A DNA stretch of 64,000 nucleotides from Chara braunii (Eukaryota; Plantae; Charophyceae), in contig BFEA01000010.1 of NCBI GenBank assembly GCA_003427395.1, positions 2,497,202-2,561,201 on the forward strand. Direction: 5' to 3'. The notes beneath the pieces were generated by a model. The model had not been told where the DNA came from. It did not search any database and saw nothing but the letters and a program-made list of their open reading frames with translations. Positions 13,200-26,298 of this stretch are shown here, piece by piece. Each line of letters opens with the position of its first letter. Positions within the stretch are counted from its first letter, which is position 1. The translations under genes and the position numbers were made by a program.

Positions 13200-15779
13200 T
13201 GCTTGACCACTTTTCGGTCTCAGTCAAACTGGGGCTGTGCAACCGAAAGATAGTACATACCCAGCAAGATATCCGTTGGGAGATCATCGCTAACTACGAA
13301 CGAGACTCGATGTCTCAATTCCCCTACCTCGTACGGGAACCGACACTTAATGTCTTTGAGGTAGTTAGTGACTACCATGCGTTATTTGTTGGCATAGGTC
13401 GACTCCATAGGTCGACTCCACAGGTTGACTCAGGCGCTGCACTTGTCCCTGCAAGCCCAACCTTTCAACGCACGTGCGACTGATAAAGTTCCTCGTCGAG
13501 TAAGTATCGTAGTAGGCCCCGGCCTTGCGGCCGCCTATATCTACCTCGCCAATGAACAACTCACCCTTAGGAGCTTTTGCCATGGCCGTCCAAGAAGCTA
13601 GTGGGTCCGATCTAGACCACTCTTCCTCTAGCTCCTCTGAGGACTCGAACACATTCAATGAACAGAGGATCGATTGGTCAGAATGTGTTTGCGGGACGAC
13701 AACGGAGTCAATAGCTTGGGCCATCTCTCGAGATGGTGAGGGTGTGTCCACCACCTCAACCCTAGCTGGAACAACTACAATTCCTACTGGCCCGACGTGT
13801 TTTCCGAAGCAGTGGCAGAAGTGCAGGCTACATTCCTACCCTGGGAAACGGAGGAGACCGGCACCTGCTCCATCGTAGGTGGGATCTTTTTCGTCATCTT
13901 CTTGTTCCGGCGCTTGAATTGATTATAGTCGTATTGGCTACAACGAATACAAGTTAACCGGGAGCAACGGTCTCTCCACACGTCCTAAGTAAGACCCGCC
14001 TTCTCCCATGGAGGAGCGTTGGGGTCTACGTGACTCCTAGACCGGGAACCTCCGCAGCGTCTACCAGTCGCCTTGCCTTTCTGAACTGAGGCAGCGACTG
14101 CTCCACCCCCTGAAGCTTTTGCACTGCTCGACTCTGGCCCGACTCCCTCCTGGAAGTCGTCGTCTAACTCTATGGTAGAACCATCGTTATCGACGAACAT
14201 AATGCGCCCCTTAGCCTTCCAGTTAGGAGGCAGTGCCTTCTTCCTACCGGTTGTTGTGGGTTGGTACCCATGCCCGATCTTTGCCTCTAGATCTAGGGCC
14301 TTCTTCCTAAACGAGGGAAAGTTGTGGACTGTGATCATGGCCACACCTGCCAACTGATTCTTGAGCTCTATGAGAAGACATCTCAGGTAAGTGATAAGTA
14401 ACACCAAGGGGTCATAACGCACTCCAGGTACACGGATCAGACGCTCAGCTGCACTTGTGGCATCTCTTACTAACCTGAACTTTCTTGAGATCAGGGTCAG
14501 AGTCGCATCAGTGGCTTTTTGAGCCCTCCTGCGGATTATGCCACCTTTCCTCCACCAGCTTGAGGAAATCATCCAATTTCTGGGTGACTGCCCAAGCGTG
14601 GAAGTCATGACCGTATCCCTGTAGTTGTACGTACCCACTTAGCCACCTTGCTGCACTCCCCTCTATGGAGGAGGCAGCCACAAACACTTCCTCGTGAGGC
14701 AAGGTCAACTTACACTTCACATAGACTGGCACTGACCTCAACCATGAGTCGAGGTCCTCACCCCTCTTATCTCCTTAGAAGGGTTTAGGTGATGCAATGG
14801 TAGTCTTGGAAACCCAGTATCCTTGTCTCAGTGCCTGTACTACTCCAGGCTGTGGACCCTGGGGTGTCGGCTGCTGCACTAGCTGCTCTTGGGGTTGTGT
14901 ACCCTGCGGCTGTGCTGGCTGCGAGACGGCAGGCTGCTCTGTTACGGCAGGCTGCTCTGTTACGGCAGTCTGCAACGAAGGTTGGGAGAACACTGTCTGA
15001 ACAGGAACCTGCACGCTAGGACCTACTGGTAACCCCCCCGTCAAAGGCATACCACGTAGGGAAGCGGCCTGCACGGAAGCTAGAGAGACTGCAAATGGGG
15101 CTACTACAGTTACCGGTGGGACAAAAGAAGGTTGTACCACGGGCCAGGCACCGAGCTTTGATGGTAATGGTACGACCTAAACTCGCCCGACCAGCACAGC
15201 CAGGCTCCGCTGAACGTCCTGCAAGAGTGACATGTTGTAGTCTTGCATCTCCACTACATCTAACAGGGTTGTCCTCACGGTCCTCACATTGTCATCCATA
15301 TTAGTTAAGTCCATCTCCTCTAACTCTCTCATATTTACTCGTCTTCGCTGCATCCTTAACGTTTGCCTGATCATCCTTTCTTTCTCTGCCTGTACCTCAT
15401 CTAACGCCTTCCGTAGTTGTGCCTCATGAGCACTTGCTCTTTGTATGGCGACCTCCTCGGGAGTTAACACTAATTGCTAGCTTGTCATAACGCCAACGGA
15501 CTGACTCAGGGTATGTGCGACCGTCGCCCCAACAGTTCCTGAACTACTGGCCTGGGAACTTTATTGCGCAGCGGTTGCCATGGCTGTTGAAGTAGCTGCC
15601 TTGCTTGCAAAGGCTCTGCTTGCCTCTACGTCCCTAGCCCTCTGCGGTTGCTGCTGCTTCTCCCTAAGCTGGCGGAACAAAAATCGATCACCTTCTGGTC
15701 CTAACACTAAGTGGACCAATGGGCGTCTTGACGAACGCAGGATCCTATCTTTCGGGTCACGGTTTTCCTTGTTGCTCAT
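13200..15779 (-). pseudogene. gag: Gag and protease of element B (frameshifted)
   Basis: Gag core (GSAARWL...LVEERWH), decayed knuckle CIRCSQYDYNQFK, protease-like AYYDTYSTRNFIS. Confidence 0.8.
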
Positions 15780-17038
15780 AAGCTACAGAACTGTGCAGTA
15801 TCTGCACTAGGACACTCTCGTTTGTCTACCGCAGTGTAATGCTCTGGCCGATTTAAAATAAAAATAACAAATCAATGGCAATATCAGAGTATACACAATT
15901 GGGTCCAACAGGTAAGTCCAGATTCCTACAAACGAAACTACCTTACTTGACTAGTCCGCAAACTGAAATCAAATGAGTAGAAACATGAAGTTCTACAAAT
16001 GTTGTTTGTCAGATGTTAATGGTTGTACATCTAACTAATCAAAATAAAAATAGAATTGTTTGGATGGCTGTTGGCAGAGTGGAATTGTTCACGAACTTAT
16101 CACCTGAAATCTACCCCTCCCCCAGTTTTTCTTGATTGTTGCTTGACGTCAGCGTCCCTGAGCAATCCAGATAGCGTGCGTGTCTAAAGGTGTGCACACA
16201 GCCCACCCCTGTGCCTTGAGTCAATGCTGAGCTGGCCAGCCCTGCACCATGTTTACCCTCGCGTGCAGCGAGCCTTACAACAACCGATTGGATGATCAAG
16301 AGGCAATTTAAGGACGACCGCCGAAGTCCTCAGGAATTATTTAACGTCGCAAACAGGATGACGATCACAACCAATGGAAGGTACCCCGCCGATATTTATT
16401 CATAGACGTTCGGTGCTCGTCTCCCTTGTAGGGTTCGTCTGCCCCTCATAACCCATCTACAACGCAATAGACAGACAAAGGACAAAGCAACAAAGCATGC
16501 GGGCTCTACTCCCGGGGGGTTGGCATGGTGACCGTGACCAAGTGCTTCCTCCAAGGCCCTTCAGATAGCTCCGCCCTCTCCTTCCAAATGCTCCATGTGA
16601 ACAATGCCGACTCTCAAGGTTGAGTGCACTCGACTCCTTACATGAGAGGACTCGCAAGACAGAACGCATCCTCACGGTAAAAAGTGTCGAAGCAGGTAAA
16701 TAAGGTTAAGAGCAACATACCTCAAAATAGCTGCCCCCAACCACATATATTCTACCAGATGACCTGACGTCGATTGTGATCACCAATCATTGCTTCGGCA
16801 CAACCAGCATTACACCGCCGTTCCGCCTCAACATCAATCGCAAATCAGATAGTTTTCATCACATTGCAAAACACCCAATATCACCTCAAAGCCTTCCTGG
16901 CGATACCCCTCTCCGCCTGGGTCGCCTGCTTGCCTTTGCCCTCCTCACTACACACTTCCCACAACCACTCACGCAGCTGACCGCGTGCATGCACCACATA
17001 GGCAGAAGACAAGAGCCGAATTACCTCAACATACCACA

Positions 17039-17050
17039 GCTCCGATACCA
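17039..17050 (-). promoter_or_regulatory. Primer-binding site (tRNA-iMet) of element B
   Basis: TGGTATCGGAGC, one mismatch to TGGTATCAGAGC, 3 nt from the LTR end. Confidence 0.85.
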
Positions 17051-17053
17051 AAA

Positions 17054-17732
17054 TGCAAGGAAAATGAGCGATAACGAATTCAAGAAATCAAGCAGCATCG
17101 TACACATGAAACCAGATAGTCGTGACCTCAAACCAAAAGCAGAATTGCAACTCGAGTTCCACCAAATAAGAGCACAACAAAAGCTCACAAGTGACAGTGT
17201 TGGAATAATCTCATCATCATCAACAATGAACCGTTGATTCCCTATCTCGCGCTCAGTGCCCAGACTACGAATAGAAGATCCTATCTAGTTTATCTACGAT
17301 GCCGCTGGTGACATCAACAGCTCCCCGAAGTACGAGCAGATCTCAGCCAATGTCGTTCACCTCAAGCACCTGGTATGTCTCACGCATCACTCGCAACCCC
17401 GATCCCCCACACAGATGCCACATGCACCCAAGGACCACCATGCGCCCCATCCAGCATCTCACAGGCCAGCTCGGCTTTGGCTGCCTGTGTGTGCCCTGCT
17501 CGCCTGTGAGCGCGTGGGTGCTTGCCTGCCGATAGCGCAGCAGCGCTTGCGCAGCAAGTAGCAAGTGCTCGAATGTCGCATGTGGAGGCAGACACTTTCT
17601 TTTATCAAAGTGACCTGCCTGCTATGAGCTGCCTGGCTGCGCTGGGCCCCTGCCCAGAAGCTTTCGGTAGACCACAAGTGGCTGAGACCCTGACCCAGGG
17701 AATTACATGCAGGGTCTGGGGTGGTTACCCGT
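17054..17732 (-). repeat. 5' LTR of element B, truncated by insertion of element C
   Basis: Colinear with 9142-9823 up to ...GGTGGTTACCCGT; the remaining ~250 bp were not found in the window. Confidence 0.9.
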
Positions 17733-18956
17733 TGTCGACCGGTGGGAGTGATCTGCCGGCCAGCGGATCTATACCTTTGTCCACCCCACGTCTGTCACCC
17801 GTGGGAGGGCTAGTTCCGGGCTCCAGGGACCTGCAGTGCAACCTAGTCAGTACCAAAGCACAGGCGCCCACGTACCGAATGACGTAGTCCACTTTAGATG
17901 TCAAATAGAAACCCCAAAACACCTAGCCTATAACGTTCAGTTTAACGACATAAGAGTATGTCTCTGCACGCGCTGAAACAACAGTGTTTGGGCCTAATCT
18001 TGTGTTGTGGCAAACCTAATGCAACATCTACGTCGGACCGTCGGCTTATTCCAAGTCATATGTAGCTAACGCCTTCGAGTCCAAGCCACTCCGCTAGAAC
18101 TCTCCGAGTCTCGAACTCATTCTGGCTGATGATTTGGCAATCCACCTGTGCAAAAAGGCTTAGACCAAATCAACCTTCTCCGTTGAAATAGGACCAGAAA
18201 GTTACAGTGGGCCGAGATGTGCTCGGCTTGGTTTCACCGTTGCTGCAGTCTTCTGTATCCAAGGCCCGCTGCTGCAGCAGTCCTTGAGATATGCCACTGC
18301 TGCAGCTTTCTATATCCGGGATCCGCTGCTCAGCGGTATTCAATCTCTGGGGTATTTCCTACGCCATACTGAGTATAGCCTTGGCCGTCCTTCCTGAACA
18401 AGAGCCCATGTTTCTGACCATGAGTCTGTGAATGTACTGATTTTCAGTCTGACTGTGTGCTTGCTGAAGTAGAAGTCCGTCTGTAGTTGAACGTGTCTGC
18501 CTCACAGTTTCACTGAGTATGTTGTTGTTTGCTGAGTTCTCAGTTGTAGCCTGCCTTCGTTGTGCTCGTTCCACGCCCGTGTCTGAGTCACAACTCCGCT
18601 TCTTTTTGAGACTGCAGGTTCTGTTGCCGGTCAGCGTCTAGTTTCCGCTGGGTCTGTGTCAGGTACTTCGTTGAGTCCGCTGACTCGGAACGTTCCCATT
18701 GGATTCGTGACCTTGATATTGAGTCCAGTTTTTCAGATCTTGCAAACGGACAGCCAAGTCTAACAAGTGTTGCCAATTCAACTCTGAGTCTGCTGTCAAA
18801 CTCAAGTCTGAGTCCGCTGGTCGCACCAAATCCAATCGTGAGTCTCCTGTCTGTTGCTGATTTAACCTCGGTTTCGCTGTGAGTTGTGAACTTGGTCCTC
18901 GAGCTTGAGTCTGAGATCTGAGTCTGCATGAAGTATGTGCCTGATACTTCGGTTTC

Positions 18957-19100
18957 CTGCCGCTATCTGTCGTGCCCACAGACTTTACTGGTTTTGAGCT
19001 TGTCATGCCGCTGTCTGTTGTGACAACAGACTTTACTGGTTTGAGCTTGTCATGCCGCTGTCTGTTGTGACAACAGACTTTACTGGTTTTGAGCTTGCTG
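18957..19100. repeat. ~48-bp tandem repeat, about 3 copies
   Basis: CAGACTTTACTGGTTT(T)GAGCTTGTCATGCCGCTGTCTGTTGTGACAA repeated. Confidence 0.85.
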
Positions 19101-19925
19101 CATCAGCCTGCTGACCAAGGTAGACTAGCTAACAACTTGGCAGCACAGACTCGAGAACTGTTGGTCTGGTCCGTAACTTTCAGATTTGTGACACCGCAAT
19201 TAGTTCATCTTACTGAACCGCTGACCAGACTTTGGCTGACATTTCAAGTTGCTAGGGCTGTTCCCTTCTGTGTGCACTCTCACCAGACCATTTTCCCCTG
19301 GACCTAAGGTTCAGTCGTTTGGGTAGGAGACCCCAAATAAATAAATAGTTTCATTAGATTTTATGGATAAATTCTTGAAAAGGAACGGAAGAGTGTCTCC
19401 CGCTCCGACCTAGAGTCCCACCTTCAATGACGTGTGTCATCAACCCCAATCACGAGGTCATCTCAGAGGGCTTTTGATCAGTAAAGCCGACTGCCCTCAC
19501 CCAGGGGCATTTTTGGAATTCGCAAGAAAATCAGTGGCAAACGGGGAATTCGCTTATCTTAACAGGTGAATATTCATGAAATTTATTTCAGAACCTGTGG
19601 CAAGGTAGCTCCTCCTCCCCCGTCTCACCACGTGTCTAGCCAGTGAAGAATGCCCGTTTCTCCTTCGTCCCTCTCTTTTTTTTTTCACTTCTTTGTTTCC
19701 TTGTCCATTCAAGTTGTGCTCGTTTGCGTCAGTGTGTCCACGTGCCGCCACCCTTTTAGATCAAATCTGGTCGGCCACGTGAGCCACATCCATTCACTCC
19801 TTTGTCTCCTCTCGGCGGCCTCCCTCTTAGGCTCTCTCTCATCGCTTGTCTTTCCCCTACTATGTTGGATGAATCTGGCGCGCAACTCAGCCCAGGTTCA
19901 TTCACTCCTCACTTTTGCAAATGCA

Positions 19926-19967
<42 letters not shown>

Positions 19968-20214
19968 CACTGGGTCGAGTACGGGCGCATCCAATGGGGA
20001 AAACAACGAATTAGAGAACCGTGAAATTCCGTAGTGCAACTGAAAGTGGTATTTTCGGAATTTGACCATTGCTTAGTGGCAATTTTGGAAATCGCGCAGT
20101 TCACTGACACATTTCGTCTCCATTGCCGTTCTTCGCATTCTCATGGCTCACCCTGACCTTAGTCTTGCATGGGCAGCTTCTCTCCGTCTCGTTCTTTCTC
20201 TCTCTCCCTTCTCT

Positions 20215-20254
<40 letters not shown>

Positions 20255-20982
20255 GAATATGAGGCAGGACGAATAGGACTCACGTGTAGTGCCTTGATCG
20301 TTTCTTTCTTTTTCCCCACTTTTACGACTGTATGCGGGGTGTCTCACTAGAAAAGTCGTGGGAATGAGTCTTCAGTTAACCGTTTCCTTTGTGCTCGGTG
20401 TACTAAGAGTCTTGCTAGATCAGCACTAAGAATCTTCCTAGATCAGCAAAATCAATGAGGGAACGGAAATGTATCTTCAGCGGGATCACGGGAGGATACA
20501 TTGGCATAATCTGCGACCTTGCCCCTTTTTCTCACCAGGTGAAGTTGGCATGAATCTTTAGCTAAAACGTGATAAGATGCATTGCCATTTTCTTTATTTG
20601 CTCACCTTTATAACCCGTGCCCACCAGAAGAGAAAAGCATGAATGTATCTTCCACTAGAGTTGGGAAAGATACTTCACCATACTCTAGTTGACATGAACC
20701 TTTAGCAAAACAGGGGAAGCCTTCGTCCACGGCAACGAGTTTCGCCCTCTCTGTCTGCACCTCTACTTCTCTCTCTCACACACTCCCACACACACGTACA
20801 ACTCCAGTATGGTTCCCGCGGAGCTCTACCCAGTACTGTAGCAGATGAATCTGACCACTTTCGCGGTCAGGACCATTTAAGACTGCATGCAAGCTAAGTT
20901 GGCTCGCACACGCAGGCAATCGCGGCGGGAAAACTAGCAATGCCCCACCTTTCTAGCATTGGAATCTCCATTTCCACTAGAA

Positions 20983-21254
20983 TGAACGCCTGGTCTTGCA
21001 TATTGCGCCGATTCTGTCGATTATGATGATTTGCAGGTCGCTGGCATCGCCTTTGGATTTCTGCGCCGGCTCTTCGTCCTCGAACAGCTTCCAGACGTTC
21101 TCCTCTGACGCCCCCACGTACTTGTTCAGAATCTTTTGACCGTTTACTACCTTCGGCTCCTTGCCATTCAACATCTTATCGATTTGGCGCGCAATCAGAC
21201 TCATCCTGTTCCCGGAGGACCGTACATAAGCATTCCTTTGACGTGATGAATGCC
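20983..21254 (-). pseudogene. NSF: Fragment of N-ethylmaleimide-sensitive factor (vesicle-fusing AAA ATPase, D1 domain)
   Basis: [17 protein letters not shown][frameshift][39 protein letters not shown]...[21 protein letters not shown] matches NSF/Sec18 from Walker A to Walker B; both motifs are broken. Confidence 0.92.
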
Positions 21255-22658
21255 TCAGTCAAGAGACTCCTGCCCAGTGTGAAGCCCGGATCATACTTTC
21301 ACCAGTGCTGACGTGCACGGAGGAGGCTTTGCGAGGAGCAATGCTCTCGACGTTGTGTGCTCCGCGCAACGCTGCTGTCAAGGGGGGGAGTGACTCACAG
21401 AGACTCACCACTGATGATTCGTGCAGAAACCAAGCACACAATCAAACTCACGGTTGCGTGCGGCTTGCGTCTCCTTCATTCATGATTAGATCGCGTGTTT
21501 ATAAGCGGCTGTTGATCTCGTCCATCGCGTGTGATTAGCAGATCGCGTCCATATTGTGTGGTTAGCAGAGGGTGAAACCCTGTCGTCCGCCAAGTTGTGC
21601 CTGCTTGGATGGCTCCTCTTCTCGGTAACGAAGTCTCTCCTTCCCTTCTCTCCCCGCTCGTCAACACTATCAGGCTTCTTGCCCGTTTCGATTGGTGTGA
21701 ATGGGTGGGATCTTGATCGACCCCCCTCGTGCATGATCGAAGTTCAGACTCCCGTGCGCTGAACGGATCCCCCCCGACCGTGCACCTGGTTGTGATCTTT
21801 TCCCCGGCACAATGTACCGGTTCGGTAGTACATGCGTGGTTCGTGCCCTTTCGGTGCTCGACATCCCCTCGGCTGCGTGGTTGGGAGAGAGCTAGCGCGC
21901 ACCTGTGAGCTCGTTCCTTCGGTATTGCCTCCGGGAATGGCCCTCTTCGTGCGCTGAACGGGCGCAGAAACTCCCCCTTCGTATGCTCCCAAGCCTTCGT
22001 GAGCTAGTCCTCTGCGGGCTAGCCAGTCCGCCAGTTCCCACCCTTGCAGCAGTCACGAGGTCCAAAGGCCCGGTTCCCCAGGTAAGGCCTCAGCAACCCC
22101 TTTTTCCCTTTTCTCTCCTCCTGCCTCCATTTTTCTCCCTAGGGACTGGTACCACAATTTGGGAGTGGCCCCCTTCCCAAAATGTATCCCCCTTTCTTTA
22201 GCCCCTTTTTCCTTCTCCCCCGGTTCCCGCCGTCGGTCTCGTCTCCTATTCCACCTGCATCGACGGAACGCTTGGTGCGAGCCTGTAAGATGCCGCCCTT
22301 CGATAGCCATATTCCAACGGCAGCGGCGATTTCAGCCACGTGATCGGCACGTGGCTGTCTCGCATTAAAATTCCCTGCTTTCAATTAAATTAATAATTCA
22401 TTCGACAACCGTCGATTCCAGGGAAAACCCACCCGCGTCGGTCCGCATTCCGCCACAGTCTTGTCTGGCCCTGGTTTTCCCATATCATCCAACCACCATT
22501 CGTCAGTCGTCTCTGTGGGCTCGGGTTGCAAGACAAAAATACGCCGGAAAAGACCGCCGCACGAAATCCGACTTTCGTCGGTAGTCTTTTTGAAGGAACC
22601 AAAGGGCGGCGTAAGGCTTGGGCCGCCCGACAACAGCGCCCCCCCATTCTCGACGTCC

Positions 22659-23942
22659 CTAGCGAGCCACCGAAATTGACATCCTCTGATTATCGAGGGG
22701 GAAGAAATCAGTCGGGCTCCACTTAATCACTACCCGATCAACCCCAAGAAATGCATTCCTCTTATAATTTATTTTTTTCTTTTTGTTGTTCCTACCTCTC
22801 TTCCCACCATCATTTCTCTTTGCCTTCCGCTTTTTGTTTCCCTCTCGCTCCCTCAACCGTGTAAGGCTCCAGTAGACTTCGAATTTGTCTCGCCACTTGT
22901 GGGAGTATAATTTACTTTCGCTCATACGCTTAGTCGGTGGGATCTGTTTGATAAATGTTAGAGTACCTTCTTCTTCGAACATCAGGTTTTTGAACTTCCG
23001 AGTCATACCTCCTCCGTTCACCAGCGTCCTTCCCCTCCTCGCACTCATTCTCCATCCAATCAGTAAGGCTTGAAAGAGTGTAAGGAAATGTCTTGTAGGA
23101 AAGGCATCGCAGGACAGGCTTGTACGGATCCATAAGGAGCATAGTTCACCCCTCGCACCACCATAAAGATCAAACGTAATGAGACAATAAGTTACGCCAA
23201 GTAAGATGCCGAAGTTGCAGCTGCTCCACCGACAGCTGAAACTACGAGCACATGCTGACACAAGGATGATCAGCAAGAGAAAAGGGAAACACAACTCTAC
23301 ATTCCAGCCTCGCAGCCTTATCCCAAGTTGAAATTCTGCGACCCAATTTCCAGTCTTGACCGAATCATTATCGTCAATAATGGATTCCTTCACTTGAAAT
23401 CCTTCCTTGAGTTCTGACAGTTCCTTAAATCCTCCTGATGTGCTTCTAAGATGGTCAACATCCTCAATAAACTTAACTTCCACGATGGTTTTCTCTCCGC
23501 CTTCTTGGTTAGATGGAAGTCGAATCCCATGGTCCTGACCTTCCAAAAGGCCCCCATCTAATTCTCCTTCAACATTCACCGTCGTGTATTGATCCATTAT
23601 GAAATCTTCAATATCTTTCATAGTTACCAGATTGTGGCTCGCAACTGTCTTAAAAGTATTCCCAACATCGTTTCTGGACGTATCGATAGTCTCAAACAGT
23701 TGTGCAAGTTCATAGTTGTCGTCCGGTTCGACGGTTTCAAACAGTCGAGCAAGTCCATAGTTGTCGCTCAACTCATTCATGACTTCAGATGCTTGTGAAA
23801 TTTCGGCACCTACAACTTCGTCGAGGAAATCTTTCTCATCTCGATCCTTTATCAACCCGTCTTGGGTATCCTCATCACTTTTCAAGTCTTCGCGTTCTTC
23901 ATTTATCGTTATCATCTTCATTGTCGTAGTTCGATCTACCAA
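22659..23942 (-). CDS. Element C second ORF: acidic region with an internal duplication and hydrophobic segments (env-like position)
   Basis: 427-aa open frame; DNYGLARLFET/DNYELAQLFET duplication; CFPFLLLIILVSAC and FGILLGVTYCLITF hydrophobic stretches. Confidence 0.45.
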   Translation of the reverse strand: MVDRTTTMKMITINEEREDLKSDEDTQDGLIKDRDEKDFLDEVVGAEISQASEVMNELSDNYGLARLFETVEPDDNYELAQLFETIDTSRNDVGNTFKTVASHNLVTMKDIEDFIMDQYTTVNVEGELDGGLLEGQDHGIRLPSNQEGGEKTIVEVKFIEDVDHLRSTSGGFKELSELKEGFQVKESIIDDNDSVKTGNWVAEFQLGIRLRGWNVELCFPFLLLIILVSACARSFSCRWSSCNFGILLGVTYCLITFDLYGGARGELCSLWIRTSLSCDAFPTRHFLTLFQALLIGWRMSARRGRTLVNGGGMTRKFKNLMFEEEGTLTFIKQIPPTKRMSESKLYSHKWRDKFEVYWSLTRLREREGNKKRKAKRNDGGKRGRNNKKKKINYKRNAFLGVDRVVIKWSPTDFFPLDNQRMSISVAR

Positions 23943-24121
23943 TGCCTCCTCAATAACCCTCGGATCTTCGCCCTTTGGCTAACACCATCGGTCCTATCCT
24001 TACTTGATTCTCCATCGACTTTCTGAGCGCACGCTAAAGTCGCATAGGAGTCTTCCTCATTATTCTCGAACCGAATGCTTTAAAACCCAATCGTCAGATC
24101 ATCACTTGTCTCTAGGCCTTC

Positions 24122-25341
24122 CTAAAACCGGACACTCGATACCCAGAATTCTCCCTGTTTTGCCTCTTCCGTTGTCCTCGTTTTATCACCAATATCCATT
24201 CTTGTAGAAGTTCGGCAGAGTAAATCTTCCTCCTCATTTTTATTCGTATTCAGGTTCTCTTCAAACCTGATACTCAGCACCAAAATTTCTCCCTGTTTTG
24301 CCTCTTGCACTGTTTCCGCTCTAATGTCAATACCCGTCTTCATTGACGGTTGGCAGGGTATATCTTTCTCATCATTCACGCATTCCATCTTTCTCCTCTC
24401 ATTTAGCTCGACGGTTTTCTCAGGGTTTTTTTCCCATCTGTCTTCAGAATCTTGTTGCAAAGGAACCCTCAACGATTCCACCTTTCTTCGAGGTGGGACA
24501 TTCTCCGTTTTCTTCATCCTTTCTAGTTCAGCCCTCAGAATCTTAAGCTCCTCAAGCGTTTCTCATTCTTTCCTATTTGATCTCCTTCGTTCTTCTTGTT
24601 CTTCTCTAAATCCTTAACGCCTACCTTGAAATCCCTTACCGTCATCCTTCTTCCAGTCGCTGCGGTTTCCTTTTTTCCATGCTCCACTATCTTTTCTTGT
24701 TTACTTTTCTTAGGCAACCGGAACTCTCTTCCCTCATTACAAAGTTGTTTTTCTAAACGACTTTTAGGTACTCATTTCCCTAGTTTCTCCAATACACCTA
24801 GTAGATAAGATTTGGCACCCGGTCCCTCAGGCTGCAAAGCCAATGCCTTTATCTTAGCGAACGATTACTTTTTAATGGGCATGTTTCTCACAACAAACTC
24901 TCTTCTCTCGATAGGCAGAGTCCCTATAAATATAGCGCATCGTTCTAACTCACGGATAAATCCGTTTTCTATGAATGGTTTGGACGCCTTCTTAAAACGT
25001 CTAGCAAACGTTATCAAAGTCTCTCCTTCCTCTTTCTTCATCTCCTTTAAGTCCTCGACTGAGTACAAGATATTGTCGCAAGCAAAGACTCGAGACAATC
25101 GTTCTCTAAAAGTTTTCCACCTCCAATCCTCGGGTATAGAAGCACGCACATCTTTGTTTAGTTTGACATCCGTGTGATTAATGAACCCAATTATTGCTTC
25201 CCTCTCAGTCAATTTTGCTCTCAAGACGTAAACTTCCCAGTCATTCAAGAATTCTGTTACCCGATGCATTGTAAAGTATAAGGGTGACCCGAAGAATGAA
25301 GGAGGATGATAAGGGGGTCTATATGGTTGTGCACACATCAT
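24122..25341 (-). pseudogene. gag: Gag-like ORF of element C with charged C-terminal extension (interrupted)
   Basis: VTEFLNDWE...WKTFRERLSRVF...MKKEEGETLITFARRF...FIGTLP resembles the retrotransposon gag core; lies just downstream of the PBS. Confidence 0.7.
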
Positions 25342-26279
25342 CGGATATGGATGTCCTTCATATGGATTATAAAATATCTCGTTCGAGGATTCTCTTCCTG
25401 GAATCTCGACGTTACGTTTCCATCAGTACCGCATCCAGATCATCGGTCGATCCAACTAATCAACGAAAGAATAGTTTCGACATTCTCTCCGACGCTGTGC
25501 AACCCACTCTCCACTGGTAAGGTCATAAACCCACACGACAGGCCCCCGCCGAACGCTCCTATAACCCCTCACGACGTCAATAGGCCTAGGAAAGAACCGC
25601 CCTCTAGCGTATCTCTCCCTACCCTCATGTCGAGAAGGAGGATAGTCCAACGTACCATCATCGCTGGCCGGCCATCCCCGCCGTGACCTGGACACGAGCT
25701 GGCCAGCTCATGTGTCTCAGGGTGGACCGAAGTCACACGTGAACGAAGTGGCAGTGTTTTGCTCGTGCATCCTCACTCCTATCCATGTCTCTACTCGGCC
25801 CACCTCATGCATGTTCTCTCACCGACTCGTGCTGTGGTTCAAACCTCGCAGTTATCCATCACCTAGCCTATCTAGTCCCGCCCAACTCCTTACTGATCCG
25901 GGGCGCTTCTCCCCTTCCCTTCAATCCTTTAAATTCATCCCCTGCTCACAATTCTCTCTCTTGGAATTAGATCAGGGTAGATTGACCAAAGGGTAGGGAA
26001 AGACCAGAACAATCTCTCTCGATCACAACGAGAATGCTTGAAGAAAGTGCATGAAATCACGAAAGTGTAAGAACGGATAAAATTACGGAAATGCAGAAGA
26101 CCAAATCTCATCCGGGAACGTCGATCACAGGTCGGCTATCTGTCGTCCGCTCTCTCGCGCTTGCACCACACCTGCACACACCAAGAAATGTATGTCGTAA
26201 GTGTCAAGTAATAACTCCCGCTCCTAAATCCTCCTCGCCTCACCGGTTATAGGCGGACCGAAGTCCCGAGAGGCAGCCT

Positions 26280-26297
26280 TCCCCAACAACGGCGCCA
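26280..26297 (-). promoter_or_regulatory. Primer-binding site (tRNA-Asp) of element C
   Basis: TGGCGCCGTTGTTGGGGA, 1 nt from LTR end ...GTCGACA; Athila-type consensus is TGGCGCCGTTGCCGGGGA. Confidence 0.85.
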
Positions 26298-26298
26298 C

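Larger units (their letters stand above)
9142..17732 (-). mobile_element. Element B: chromovirus-type Ty3/gypsy LTR retrotransposon, degenerate; 5' LTR interrupted by element C
   Basis: Two LTR copies, PBS, PPT and gag-PR-RT-RH-IN-chromodomain. Confidence 0.95.
17733..21863 (-). repeat. Putative 3' LTR of element C (~4.1 kb)
   Basis: TGTCGA...TCGACA termini; followed by TCCCCTC (short PPT on minus); only the first ~625 bp can be confirmed against the second copy. Confidence 0.6.

Noticed and set aside
20977-21204. Functional NSF gene
   Set aside because: Isolated fragment, Walker A frameshifted, Walker B altered, no other exons found
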